Source of the DNA: Acidimicrobiales bacterium
Lineage (GTDB): Bacteria; Actinomycetota; Acidimicrobiia; Acidimicrobiales; RAAP-2
Assembly: GCA_049964855.1 (NCBI GenBank)
Contig: JBMFWX010000007.1
Coordinates: 218-64,217, forward strand
Direction of reading: 5' to 3'
DNA: 64,000 bases
Every line of letters begins with the position of its first letter. The stretch's first letter is position 1. The notes beneath the pieces are model-generated. The model did no database searches, was not told the DNA's origin, and saw only the letters and a program-made list of their open reading frames with translations. Positions 37,014-46,763 of the stretch are shown here, in pieces. A program made the translations under genes and the position numbers.

Positions 37014-38194
37014 GATGCCCCCCTCAGGATGGCGCGGACCTGCGCGACGTCCTTGTCCCCCCGGCCCGAGAGATTGAGCAGCACCGACGAGCCGAGTGGT
37101 ACCGACCGGCCCGCCTCGCGCAACAGCCACGCCACGGCGTGGGCGGTCTCGAGCGCCGGGATGATCCCCTCGTCCTCACTGAGCGCCTGCAGTGCGGCGA
37201 CGACCTCGTCGTCGTGGGCGGTCACGTACTCGGCGCGTCCTCGGGCGGCCAGCGAAGCGTGCTCCGGACCGATACCGGGGTAGTCCAGGCCCGCCGAGAT
37301 CGACTCGGCCTCCTCGATCTGGCCGAACTCGTCCTGGATCAGCAGCGAGCGCATCCCGTGCAGGACGCCCGGGGCGCCGACGCCCACGGCGGACCCGCCG
37401 GCGGCCTCGACGCCCACCAGACGCGACGGGCGGTCGGCGAAGCCCGCGAACACGCCGGCCGCGTTCGAGCCGCCACCCACGCACGCGACGACCACGTCAG
37501 GGTCACCCACACCGAGGTCGCGCAACTGGCGCGCGGCCTCTCGACCGATCACGCTCTGGAACTCGCGCACCATCCAGGGAAACGGGTGGGGTCCCATGAC
37601 CGAGCCGATGCAGTAGTGGGTGTCGGCGACGCAGGTCACCCACTCGCGGAGGGCCTCGTTCACCGCGTCCTTCAAGGTGCGGCTGCCCGAGGTCACCGGG
37701 ACGACCGTCGCGCCCAGCAGCTCCATGCGAAAGACGTTCAGCTCCTGACGCACGATGTCCACTTCGCCCATGAACACGGTGCACGCCAGGCCCAGGCGCG
37801 CCGCGGCGGTCGCCGTGGCGACGCCGTGTTGACCGGCCCCCGTCTCGGCGATGACGCGCCGCTTGCCCATGCGCTGAGCGAGCAGTGCCTGGCCGAGAAC
37901 GTTGTTGATCTTGTGTGAGCCGGTGTGGGCGAGGTCCTCGCGCTTGGCGAAGACCCGTAGACCGACCCGACGCGAGAATCGCTCCAGCGGCGTCACCGGC
38001 GTGGGTCGGCCCGCGAAGAGGGCGAGCTCGCGCTCGAGCGCGAGCGCGAAGGACTCGTCCGCTCGCGCGTCGCGATACGCCTCCTCCAACTCGAGGCAGG
38101 CGGGCATGAGCGCCTCGGGTACGAAACGACCGCCGAAGTCGCCAAAGTGGCCCTGCTCATCCGGGGGGCCCATGAACCCGTTACTCACGCTCAC
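37010..38194 (-). CDS. trpB: Tryptophan synthase beta chain
   Basis: [29 protein letters not shown] (PLP Lys), [11 protein letters not shown] 38194 overlaps the trpF stop (GTGA); ATG 38173 is an alternative start. Confidence 0.9.
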   Translation of the reverse strand: MSVSNGFMGPPDEQGHFGDFGGRFVPEALMPACLELEEAYRDARADESFALALERELALFAGRPTPVTPLERFSRRVGLRVFAKREDLAHTGSHKINNVLGQALLAQRMGKRRVIAETGAGQHGVATATAAARLGLACTVFMGEVDIVRQELNVFRMELLGATVVPVTSGSRTLKDAVNEALREWVTCVADTHYCIGSVMGPHPFPWMVREFQSVIGREAARQLRDLGVGDPDVVVACVGGGSNAAGVFAGFADRPSRLVGVEAAGGSAVGVGAPGVLHGMRSLLIQDEFGQIEEAESISAGLDYPGIGPEHASLAARGRAEYVTAHDDEVVAALQALSEDEGIIPALETAHAVAWLLREAGRSVPLGSSVLLNLSGRGDKDVAQVRAILRGAS

Positions 38195-38829
38195 TCCTCT
38201 CGCTCGAACCAACGCCGCGCGGCCGCGACGAAGTCGCGTACCGCCGTTGGGTCCTTGTGCCCGGGCGAGGACTCGGTGCCCGACGCGACGTCCACGCCCC
38301 ACGCGCCGGTATCGGCGAGCACTCGCGCGACGTTGTCGACGTTCAGCCCACCGGCGACGATCAGCGGGCGCCGAAACTGGCGGCCCGCGAGGGGCGACCA
38401 GGAGTGCGCCCTCCCGCTGCCGGGTGTGGGGCCGTCGACCAGGATGGCGTCGGCCCGCTCCTCGTCCATCTCGTCGCGCGCCGGGGAACCGACGGCCAGC
38501 ACCGTGATCACCGCCAGCCCGCGCTCACGCAGTGCGTCGTGCAGCACGCTCGACATCGGATCGTGCAGCTGCACGGCGTCCAGAGCCACGTCGTCCAGGG
38601 CGCGGCGGATGAAAACGTCGTCGCGCCCTCGAAACACGCCCACCCGTACCGCCCGCTCGCCGACGAAGGCGGCAATAGCCGCCGCGCGCGCGACGTCGAC
38701 CTCGCGCGGCGACGCCGCCAGCACCACGCCCAAGGCGTCGGCCCCCGCGTCGAGCACGATCGCCGCGTCCCCGACGCTCGTCACGCCGCAGATCTTCACG
38801 AGATGGGCGCGATCCGTGAGGTCAGTCAC
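38191..38829 (-). CDS. trpF: Phosphoribosylanthranilate isomerase
   Basis: [13 protein letters not shown]..., [19 protein letters not shown]. 212 aa between trpC and trpB. Confidence 0.8.
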   Translation of the reverse strand: MTDLTDRAHLVKICGVTSVGDAAIVLDAGADALGVVLAASPREVDVARAAAIAAFVGERAVRVGVFRGRDDVFIRRALDDVALDAVQLHDPMSSVLHDALRERGLAVITVLAVGSPARDEMDEERADAILVDGPTPGSGRAHSWSPLAGRQFRRPLIVAGGLNVDNVARVLADTGAWGVDVASGTESSPGHKDPTAVRDFVAAARRWFEREE

Positions 38830-39613
38830 GGCCGTGACGCTTCACTCCGGTCAACGCGCGCACGGCGAGCGACGGGTCGCTCGCGCGCACCAGCGACTCC
38901 CCGACCAGGACGGCGTCGAAGCCGTAGGCGGCGGCTCGCTCGACGTCGGACACGTCGCGCAGCCCCGACTCGGCGACGGCCACCACGGTCGGCGGCAGCG
39001 TTGCGACCACCTCGGCCGCCTGCTCGCCGCGGACCTCGAAGGTTCGCAGGTCGCGCTGGTTCACGCCCACCAGCGTCGCCCCCAGCGCCAGCGCCCGGCG
39101 AGCCTCGGCGAGGTCGTGAACCTCGACGAGGGCGTCGAGTCCGCACTGCGCCGACACCTCCAACAGGCGAGCGCACTCGTCGTCGTCCAGAGCCGCGACG
39201 ATGAGCAGAATCGCGCTCGCGCCGAACTGCAGCGCGTCGATCACGTCGTTGGCGCTCACCGTGAAGTCCTTGCGCAGTAGCGGCAGGGTGCACGCGTCGT
39301 GGGCCGCCCGCAGGTCGCCCAACGATCCAGCGAAGTGCTCCTCGTCGGTCAGCACCGACAGCGCCGCCGCGCCGCCGTCCTCGTAGGCTCGTGACAGGTC
39401 CGTCGGATCGAGGTCACGACTCAGCCAGCCCTTGGAGGGTGATCGTCGCTTGATCTCGGCGATCACGCCGACGGCGTCGCCGGGACGCAGCGCCGCGCGA
39501 AATCGCGAACGGCACGGCACCACCTCGTCGAGCCGCTCGCGCCAGTCGCGACGGTCGGCCGCCGCCCGTGCGCGATGGAAGCGCATGATGTCCTCGAGGT
39601 AGGCGGTGGCCAC
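38822..39613 (-). CDS. trpC: Indole-3-glycerol phosphate synthase
   Basis: VIAEIKRRSPSKG, ALSVLTDEEHFAGS, LLRKDF, VGVNQRDLRTFEV. Confidence 0.9.
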   Translation of the reverse strand: MATAYLEDIMRFHRARAAADRRDWRERLDEVVPCRSRFRAALRPGDAVGVIAEIKRRSPSKGWLSRDLDPTDLSRAYEDGGAAALSVLTDEEHFAGSLGDLRAAHDACTLPLLRKDFTVSANDVIDALQFGASAILLIVAALDDDECARLLEVSAQCGLDALVEVHDLAEARRALALGATLVGVNQRDLRTFEVRGEQAAEVVATLPPTVVAVAESGLRDVSDVERAAAYGFDAVLVGESLVRASDPSLAVRALTGVKRHGRD

Positions 39614-39692
39614 CCCGAAATCGTAGTGGTCGTGAGCCGCCCCACGGCTAGCCTCTCCCTATGGTCACCAACGCCTCTCCCCGGCGGCGCTG

Positions 39693-40709
39693 ATGGAGTT
39701 CTTCGCTCGCGACGTCCTCAATCCGCTCGTTCGCGGATCGAACATGGAACGGGCGCAGGCCCGCGAGGCCTTGGCCGAGATCCTCGAGGGGCGCGTCGAA
39801 GCGGTGCACATTGCCAGCTTCCTCACCGCGCTCACCATGAAGGGCGAGACCGCCGAGGAGATGACCGGCTTCATCGACGCGATGATTGACGCCGCCACCA
39901 CGTTCGAACTCGAGGGCGACGCGATCGACATCGTGGGCACCGGCGGCGACCAGTTGCACACCGTGAACATCTCCACGATGGCGTCACTGGCCGTGGCGGG
40001 CTGTGGGGTCCCCGTCGCCAAGCACGGCAATCGGGCCGCGTCCTCGTCGGTCGGCTCCGCCGACGTCCTCGAGGCCCTGGGCGTGCGCCTCGAGACCTCG
40101 CCGGCCACCGTTCGCGCCTGCGTGGAGGGAGCGTCCATCGGCTTCATGTTCGCGCCGACCTACCACCACGCCCTGGGCTACCTCACGCCGATCCGTCGCT
40201 CGCTCTACTTTCGCACCGTGTTCAACGTGCTCGGGCCGCTCGCCAACCCGGCTCGCGTGCGACGTGCTCTGATCGGCGTGGCGCCGGCGGCGCACCTGGA
40301 CCACATGGCGCGCGTGATCGGTTCGCGCGGCACCGACCTGTCGATCCTGGTGAGCGGCGACGACGGTCTCGACGAGCTCTCCCTCGGCGGACCATCCACC
40401 CTCCACCGGGTGACGCGCTCGCAGACCACGGTCGAGCGGATCGACGCCGGTGAGGAGCTGGGACGGCGCCACGGCGTGGACAGCCTGCGCGGCGGGGACG
40501 TCGCGCACAACGTTCGCGTGGTGCACGCGTTCTTGGACGCCGCCACCGGCCCGGTCTTCGACATCGCCTGCGCCAACGCCGGTCTGGCGCTGGTCGCCGC
40601 GGGCCGTGCGGAAACGTTGCGCGACGGCTTCGAGATGGCGAGCACCAGCGTGCGCGACGGCCGCGCGGCGCACGCGCTGGAGCAGCTCGTCGCGATCTCC
40701 AACGCCTAA
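39693..40709 (+). CDS. trpD: Anthranilate phosphoribosyltransferase
   Basis: IASFLTALTMKGETAEE, DIVGTGGD, VAKHGNRAASS, GSADVLEALG. Confidence 0.9.
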   Translation: MEFFARDVLNPLVRGSNMERAQAREALAEILEGRVEAVHIASFLTALTMKGETAEEMTGFIDAMIDAATTFELEGDAIDIVGTGGDQLHTVNISTMASLAVAGCGVPVAKHGNRAASSSVGSADVLEALGVRLETSPATVRACVEGASIGFMFAPTYHHALGYLTPIRRSLYFRTVFNVLGPLANPARVRRALIGVAPAAHLDHMARVIGSRGTDLSILVSGDDGLDELSLGGPSTLHRVTRSQTTVERIDAGEELGRRHGVDSLRGGDVAHNVRVVHAFLDAATGPVFDIACANAGLALVAAGRAETLRDGFEMASTSVRDGRAAHALEQLVAISNA

Positions 40710-41221
40710 AGCACGCGCAACTCGCGACGGTAGCGGCGGGCGTTGGCGACGTAGAGGGCGGCTCCCTCGGCGATGGCGTCCCGGTCGCTGGCGCCGAGCT
40801 TGATCGTGGCGGGCACGCCCACCGCGAGGGCCCCCTCGGGCACGTCGGTGCGGTTGCGCACCACGGCGCCCGCGGCGACGGTCGCTCCCGTGCGCACGTG
40901 GGCGTGGTGCAGCACGACCGAGCCGCTGCCGACCAGGGCTCGGTCGTGGATCACGCACCCCTCCAGGTGAACGAGGTGTCCGATGACGCAGTCGTCGCCC
41001 ACGACCGTCGGGAACTCCGCCACCGCGTGGACCACGGTGCCGTCTTGAATCGAGGTGCGCTCCCCCACGATGATCGTGCCGTAGTCGCCGCGCAGCACCG
41101 CACCGGGCCACACCGACGCGTCGGCCCCCAGGCGTACGTCGCCGATCACCACGGCGTCGGGGTGCACGAACGCCTCGGGGTGGATCGTGGGCACCCGCTC
41201 GCCCAACGCGTAGATCGTCAT
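40706..41221 (-). CDS. Gamma-carbonic-anhydrase-like left-handed beta-helix protein (YrdA/PaaY family)
   Basis: MTIYALGERVPTIHPEAFVHPDAVVIGDVRLG... hexapeptide repeats. AGGAGGG SD before ATG 41221. The track ORF is over-extended. Confidence 0.8.
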   Translation of the reverse strand: MTIYALGERVPTIHPEAFVHPDAVVIGDVRLGADASVWPGAVLRGDYGTIIVGERTSIQDGTVVHAVAEFPTVVGDDCVIGHLVHLEGCVIHDRALVGSGSVVLHHAHVRTGATVAAGAVVRNRTDVPEGALAVGVPATIKLGASDRDAIAEGAALYVANARRYRRELRVL

Positions 41222-41229
41222 TCGCCCTC

Positions 41230-41412
41230 CTAGTGCGCCAACCACGAAATTAACTGATAGAGCCGCCAGGCGAGATAGATGATCGTGACCACGATGAAGA
41301 AGCGCCACCGCCAGGGCATGGGCTCGTGCGTCGTCTCCTCGACCGGCTGTCCACAGACCTCGCACACCTCCCCCTCGACGGGCCGGTCGCACGTCTCGCA
41401 CCAGCGCGTCAT
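41230..41412 (-). CDS. 60-aa zinc-ribbon plus single-TM mini-protein
   Basis: MTRWCETCDRPVEGEVCEVCGQPV...WRWRFFIVVTIIYLAWRLYQLISWLAH (CxxC-x8-CxxC, then a TM helix). ATG 41412 shares its A with the der TGA. It is hidden as the tail of junk track ORF 41230..42558. Confidence 0.55.
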   Translation of the reverse strand: MTRWCETCDRPVEGEVCEVCGQPVEETTHEPMPWRWRFFIVVTIIYLAWRLYQLISWLAH

Positions 41413-42698
41413 CACTCCACCCGTACGCGGACCCGCAGTGGTGTGGTGCCCAGGGCGAAGCGTTCGCGCAACGAGCGCTCGACGTAGCGCAAGTACGTCG
41501 GGGGCAGGCGCCCCGAGACGAAGAGCGTGAAGGTCGGAGGCTCGCTGGCACCCTGGACGGCATAGCGGATCTTCCCGGTGGGTGCGGGCTGGCGGATCTG
41601 CAGGTCGCGAATCGCCCGGTTGAGCGCCCCCGTCGGCACGCGAGTCGCGTAGTCCGCCGCGGCGGTGGTCAGCGCGGGCAGGATGCGGTGCACCCCCTTG
41701 CCCGAGAGCGCGGTGGTCTTGAGCACGGGGGCGTCGCCGAGGAAGGCGAGCTTGTCGCCGATGCTGGCCAACACGTCCTCGTGGTCCTCGGTCGCGACCA
41801 GCTCCCACTTGTTCACCACGACGATCGACGGGCATCCGGCGCCCGAGATCCGCTCGGCGAGGCGCTGGTCCTGTCCCGTGGCCCCGACCGTCGCGTCGAT
41901 CACCAGCAGGGCGATATCGGCGCGGTCCAGCGCCTCGAGGCTGCGCAGCACGGCGTACGTCTCCAGGCCCGCCTCGGTCTTGGCGCGCCGACGCATGCCC
42001 GCGGTGTCGATGAAGCGGATCCGCCCGCTCGGGGTGTCGACCACGGTGTCGATCGCGTCGCGCGTCGTGCCGGGCAGGTCGTGAACGACCGACCGCTCCT
42101 CGCCGATCAGCGTGTTGAACAGCGTGGACTTGCCGACGTTGGGCCGTCCGACGATCGCGACGCCGAGGATGTCGTCGTTCGCGCCGTCGGGGTCCTCGGG
42201 CGGCTGGCCGATCCTGTCGACGACGACGTCGAGCAGCTCGCCCGCGCCGAGGCCGTGCAGGGCGCTGACGGCGTGGGGGTCGCCCACTCCCAGGCGCAGG
42301 AACTCCCACGCGTACGCCTCGCGCGCGGCGTCGTCCACCTTGTTCACGACCAGCACCGCGGGCCGCCCGCTGTGTCGGACCCAGCGCGCGGCGCGCGCGT
42401 CCTCCTCGGTCGGTCCGGTGGCCACGTCGACCACCAGCAGCACCAGATCGGCTTCGTCCAGGGCGGTCTGCGCGGAGCGCGACACCTTCTCCTCTAGCTC
42501 GTCGCCGGACTCGAGCCAGCCGCCGGTGTCGACCAGGTCGAAGGTGACCCCACACCACTCCACGGGGACGCTGCGCCGGTCGCGGGTCACCCCGCGATGC
42601 TGCTCCACGACGGCCACCCGCCGTCCGGCCAGGCGGTTCACCAGCGAGCTCTTGCCGACGTTGGGACGGCCGACCACGGCCACGCGCGGGTGCCTCAC
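41412..42698 (-). CDS. der: Ribosome-associated GTPase Der (EngA)
   Basis: Two G domains (GRPNVGKSSLVN and GRPNVGKSTLFN; DTGG and DTAG) plus a KH-like C-terminus. GTG 42698 overlaps the upstream stop (GTGA). Confidence 0.9.
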   Translation of the reverse strand: MRHPRVAVVGRPNVGKSSLVNRLAGRRVAVVEQHRGVTRDRRSVPVEWCGVTFDLVDTGGWLESGDELEEKVSRSAQTALDEADLVLLVVDVATGPTEEDARAARWVRHSGRPAVLVVNKVDDAAREAYAWEFLRLGVGDPHAVSALHGLGAGELLDVVVDRIGQPPEDPDGANDDILGVAIVGRPNVGKSTLFNTLIGEERSVVHDLPGTTRDAIDTVVDTPSGRIRFIDTAGMRRRAKTEAGLETYAVLRSLEALDRADIALLVIDATVGATGQDQRLAERISGAGCPSIVVVNKWELVATEDHEDVLASIGDKLAFLGDAPVLKTTALSGKGVHRILPALTTAAADYATRVPTGALNRAIRDLQIRQPAPTGKIRYAVQGASEPPTFTLFVSGRLPPTYLRYVERSLRERFALGTTPLRVRVRVE

Positions 42699-44077
42699 GA
42701 GCCCACCAGGGCGTCGTGCGGGGCGCGCAGGGACTCCAGGGTCACCCGCAGATCGTGGCCGGTCGTGCGCACGCACGTCACGGGCCGGCTCAAGTCCTCC
42801 AGGGTGGTCCCGTCGAGGAAGCGACCCTCGTTGAGGCAGACGTCGGGGATCAGGCAGGTCGCCGCCGGGTCCACTCGCGCGAGAGCCGCCGCGAGGTCGC
42901 GGCCGGTGAGCAGACCCGCCACCTTGATGTTCCCCCCGAAGTAGCTATTGACCACCGGCACCACGTCGACCTCGTCGAAGCCGTGCTCGTCCAGCAGCTC
43001 GCGCAGCAACGGCGCCGCGTACTCGCCGGTCAGGACCACGACCCCGTCGCCGGCGACGGGGTCACTCAACGGCGTGCGCGCGGCGCGGTAGCCCCAGGCC
43101 GGGGCGCCGTCGACCGACTGGAAGAAGCCACTGCCCAGGCGGGGCATCGCGCGGTGGCGCTCGAAGCTGTCGCGGAATGCGGCCACCATGCCGATGCCGT
43201 TCTCCGCCAGGTCCAGCGTCGCCAGGGAGGCGGCGCGCGGCGGGGCCAGCCCGGCCACGAGGTAGAACTCGTCGCTGGCGTAGACCAGGGAGCGGCCCAG
43301 CACCGCGCGGCCGATCTCGTCGTAGCGCTGCGCCAGCTCGACCACCTCGCGAGCCTCGTCACGACGGTGCGGCCGCATCGTCTCCTCGAGCGAGAAATCA
43401 CTCACCCCCACCGGGACCAGGGCGAGTGACGCAAGCTCCGGGTAGGACGTGACGACGTCCTCGAGGGTGCGCTCGAGCTCGACGCCGTCGTTCACCCCGG
43501 GACAGACGACCACCTGACCGTGGACCTCGATGCCGCTGTGCAGCAACTCGTGCAGCCATCGCAGGCTGGTCGCGCCGCGCGGGTTGCGCAGCATCTCGGC
43601 GCGCAGCGCCGGGTTGGTCGTGTGGATCGAGACGAACAGCGGCGAGAGCCGCTCCTCGACCACGCGCTCCAGGTCGAACTCGGTGAAGCGGGTCAGGGTC
43701 GTGTAGTTGCCGTAGAGGAACGACAGGCGAAAGTCGTCGTCCTTCACGTACAGCGAGCGGCGCATCCCCTTGGGCAGCTGGTAGATGAAGCAGAAGCTGC
43801 AGTGGTTGTCGCACGTGCGGATGCGGTCGAAGACGGCCGAGTCGATGGACAGCCCCAGGGGCTCGCCCGGCCCCTTGTCGATGGTCACGGTGCGCGTCGC
43901 CTCGTCGCCGACGCGCAGCACCTCGAGCGTGACGTGCTCGCCGTCCACCATCTGTTGGTACTCGATGACGTCGGTCGGCTCGCGGCCGTTCACGCGCACC
44001 AGCTCGTCGCCCACGGCGAGATCCACCCGCGCCGCTGGCGATCGCGAAGAAATTCCTGAGATGCGGGCGCCCGGCAC
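42695..44077 (-). CDS. PDZ plus DUF512-type radical-SAM-like protein
   Basis: N-terminal PDZ-like segment (ISGISSRSPAARVDLAVGDELVRVNG), then CDNHCSFC and a long DUF512-like C-terminus. 460 aa. Confidence 0.7.
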   Translation of the reverse strand: MPGARISGISSRSPAARVDLAVGDELVRVNGREPTDVIEYQQMVDGEHVTLEVLRVGDEATRTVTIDKGPGEPLGLSIDSAVFDRIRTCDNHCSFCFIYQLPKGMRRSLYVKDDDFRLSFLYGNYTTLTRFTEFDLERVVEERLSPLFVSIHTTNPALRAEMLRNPRGATSLRWLHELLHSGIEVHGQVVVCPGVNDGVELERTLEDVVTSYPELASLALVPVGVSDFSLEETMRPHRRDEAREVVELAQRYDEIGRAVLGRSLVYASDEFYLVAGLAPPRAASLATLDLAENGIGMVAAFRDSFERHRAMPRLGSGFFQSVDGAPAWGYRAARTPLSDPVAGDGVVVLTGEYAAPLLRELLDEHGFDEVDVVPVVNSYFGGNIKVAGLLTGRDLAAALARVDPAATCLIPDVCLNEGRFLDGTTLEDLSRPVTCVRTTGHDLRVTLESLRAPHDALVGS

Positions 44078-44143
44078 CTCGTCAGCCTACTGGTGAGGTC
44101 GCCTCGCCGCCGCAGCCCGCTGCGCGCCCGGTAGGCTGCCCGC

Positions 44144-45181
44144 GTGTCCGTGGACAAGGTGATTCTGGCGTCTCCGCGGGGTTTCTGCGCTGGCGTGGAG
44201 AAGGCGATCAAGGCGCTGGACTGGATGACGCGCATCTTCGAGCCGCCCGTCTACTGCTACCACGAGATCGTCCACAACCGCTACGTCGTGGATCACTTCG
44301 CCCGTCTGGGCGTCGTCTTCGTCCACGACATCGCCGAGGTCCCGCCCGGGGCGCCGGTGATGCTGAGCGCCCACGGCTCGGCCCCCGAGGTCGTGGAGGC
44401 GGCGCGGCGCACCGGCGGCGCCGTGGTGGACGCGGTGTGCCCGCTGGTGACCAAGGTGCACCACGAGCTCAAGGTCCGCGCGCGTGACGGCTACACGGTG
44501 CTGTACGTGGGCCACGAGGGCCACGAGGAGGCGATCGGCACCATGGCCGTGGCGCCCGAGTCGGTGATCCTCGTGCAGTCGATCGAGGACATCGAGCGCG
44601 CGCGCGACGTGACCGGACCGCTGGCCCTGCTCTCGCAGACCACCCTCAGCCTGGACGAGTGGCAGCACCTGCGCGAGTACGCCCACGAACGCTTCCCCGA
44701 CGTCTGGCAACCCGCACGGAGCGATCTGTGCTTCGCCACGACCAACCGTCAGGCGGCGCTGCGCGACGCGGCCCGCGACGCCGACACGGTGGTGGTGATC
44801 GGATCCGCCAACTCCTCCAACACGATGGCGCTGACCGACGTGGCCCGAGCCGTCGGGTGCGCCCGCGTGGTGCGAGTGAACGGGCCCGAGGACCTTCCCG
44901 ACGATCTGCACGGTCGCGTCGCGGTGACGGCCGGCGCCTCGGCCCCCGAGTCCCTGGTCCAAGGCGTGGTCGCCGCCCTCGACCCTCGCGAGGGGGTCGA
45001 GACCCGCGTCGTCGGCGTTGAGGACGAGTACTTTCCCCCGCCGCCCGAGCTGCGCGACATCCTGCGCTCGCTGTCGGCGCTGGTCGACCTGTGTCTGGCG
45101 ACGCCCACCGCGTCGACGTTCGACGCGGTGGAGGACCGAGCCGTCACCGCTGCCCAGATCTTGGACCGGGTGACGTTCTAG
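44144..45181 (+). CDS. ispH: 4-hydroxy-3-methylbut-2-enyl diphosphate reductase
   Basis: ASPRGFCAGVEKAI, EIVHN, SAHG, VDAVCPLVTKVH, SANSSNT. Confidence 0.9.
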   Translation: MSVDKVILASPRGFCAGVEKAIKALDWMTRIFEPPVYCYHEIVHNRYVVDHFARLGVVFVHDIAEVPPGAPVMLSAHGSAPEVVEAARRTGGAVVDAVCPLVTKVHHELKVRARDGYTVLYVGHEGHEEAIGTMAVAPESVILVQSIEDIERARDVTGPLALLSQTTLSLDEWQHLREYAHERFPDVWQPARSDLCFATTNRQAALRDAARDADTVVVIGSANSSNTMALTDVARAVGCARVVRVNGPEDLPDDLHGRVAVTAGASAPESLVQGVVAALDPREGVETRVVGVEDEYFPPPPELRDILRSLSALVDLCLATPTASTFDAVEDRAVTAAQILDRVTF

Positions 45182-45306
45182 GCGAGCGACCCCGGGACGG
45201 GTAAGATCGTTCGGTTCGCGTGACCGCGGGTCCGGCGCGGCGCCGCGGCGGCGTATCCGGGTCACGAGTGGTGCCGCGGCGCCGACACGCTTCGAGAGGG
45301 ATAGAG

Positions 45307-46107
45307 ATGGTCACGACGGATTTGGAGAAGAAGCGACTGGCGACGCTGCGCTCGTTCGCGATCGACCAGGCAATGGGGCGCTTCGAGGCGGACTACCCCG
45401 GCTACGAGCCGCACCCCATCGTAGTCTCCATCTGCGCCTACGAGGAGGAGGGCGCCATCGGCGCCGTCCTCGACGCGATGCCCGAGACGATCAACGGCGA
45501 GCCCTACACCACGCTGGTCGTCGTTGACGGCGGCAGCGACAAGACCGCGGAGATCGCGCGGGCGCACCCGGGCGTCCTGGTCCTCGAGTTCCCGGTGAAC
45601 CTCGGCCACGGCGTCGCGCTGCAGGTCACCTACCGGTACTGCATCGACCACGCGGTGCGCTTCGTCGTGACCCTCGACGCCGACGGCCAGAACGACCCGG
45701 CGGAGATCCCCCAGCTGCTGGCTCCCCTCCTCGAGGATCGAGCGGACTTCGTCGTCGCGAGCCGGCGCCTGGGCCAGGACCACACGACGGACGTCATCCG
45801 CAAGACGGGAGTGCGCTTCTTCTCCTTCGTGATGAATCGGATGACCGGCGCGAACCTGACCGACACGTCCACCGGGTACCGCGGCCTGCGCGTCGCGATG
45901 CTGGCCGACGTGATCGACCGGCTGCGCCAGGAGCAGTACCAGACGGCCGAACTGCTCATCGTGTGCCTGAAGCGGGGCTGGCGCGCCGCCGAGGTGCCCA
46001 CCGTGTGGCACCCCCGCCAGGCGGGCACCACGAAGAAGGGCTCGAACTGGCTCTTCGGGCTGCGCTACGCCACGGTGGTCTTCGGCACCTGGTGGCGCGA
46101 GCGCTAG
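45307..46107 (+). CDS. Family 2 glycosyltransferase (polyprenol-phosphate sugar synthase-like)
   Basis: VSICAYEEEGAIGAVL, VVVDGGSDKT, TLDADGQND (DxD). ATG 45307. Confidence 0.75.
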   Translation: MVTTDLEKKRLATLRSFAIDQAMGRFEADYPGYEPHPIVVSICAYEEEGAIGAVLDAMPETINGEPYTTLVVVDGGSDKTAEIARAHPGVLVLEFPVNLGHGVALQVTYRYCIDHAVRFVVTLDADGQNDPAEIPQLLAPLLEDRADFVVASRRLGQDHTTDVIRKTGVRFFSFVMNRMTGANLTDTSTGYRGLRVAMLADVIDRLRQEQYQTAELLIVCLKRGWRAAEVPTVWHPRQAGTTKKGSNWLFGLRYATVVFGTWWRER

Positions 46108-46763
46108 GCCCCGCGACTCTGCGCGTACACCGCCTCCAGGGCGGCGCGCAGCTCCTCGCTCTTGGCGCTGATCGCCGATCGCGACACCCGTCCCTCCCCG
46201 ATCGGCGCGGCCAGGGGGTCGCCCACGACCACGTGAATCCTCGTTGGGCGCGGCAGACGGGCGCCCGCGGGCATCGCCCGGTCGCTCCCGCCGATCCCGA
46301 CGGGCACCACCGCGGCCCCCGTGCGGGCGGCGATGAACATGGCCCCGTCGCGCAGCGGCTCCACGTGGGGACCGTACTTGCGCGTGCCCTCGGGGAACAG
46401 CACCAGGGCGTGGCCCCGGCGTAGCACCTCCTCGGCCAGGTGCAGCGACTCGCGATCGGCGCTCTCGCGGTGCACCGGGAAGGCGCCGAGGTGCAGGAGC
46501 AGCGGTCCGAGAACGGGCACGCGGAACAGAGGGTCCTTGGCCATGAAGAAGACCTTGCGCGGCGAGATGAACAGCGTGAAGACGAAGTCGATCGCGGAGC
46601 GGTGGATGGGTGCGATGAGCACCGGTCCCTCGAGCGGGATCTTCTGCGCCCCGCGAACCACGGGGCGGAACAGCAGCCACGACGCGCCCGTCAGCAGGCT
46701 CGCCGCTACGCGGTAGATCGCCGTCTTGCGATCGTCTAGGAGGAGGTGCGGGTCGCCAGGCAC
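46104..46763 (-). CDS. plsC: 1-acyl-sn-glycerol-3-phosphate acyltransferase
   Basis: APIHRSAIDF (HX4D), FPEGTRKYG. GTG 46763 is the only in-frame start and overlaps cmk by 28 nt. Confidence 0.8.
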   Translation of the reverse strand: MPGDPHLLLDDRKTAIYRVAASLLTGASWLLFRPVVRGAQKIPLEGPVLIAPIHRSAIDFVFTLFISPRKVFFMAKDPLFRVPVLGPLLLHLGAFPVHRESADRESLHLAEEVLRRGHALVLFPEGTRKYGPHVEPLRDGAMFIAARTGAAVVPVGIGGSDRAMPAGARLPRPTRIHVVVGDPLAAPIGEGRVSRSAISAKSEELRAALEAVYAQSRGA

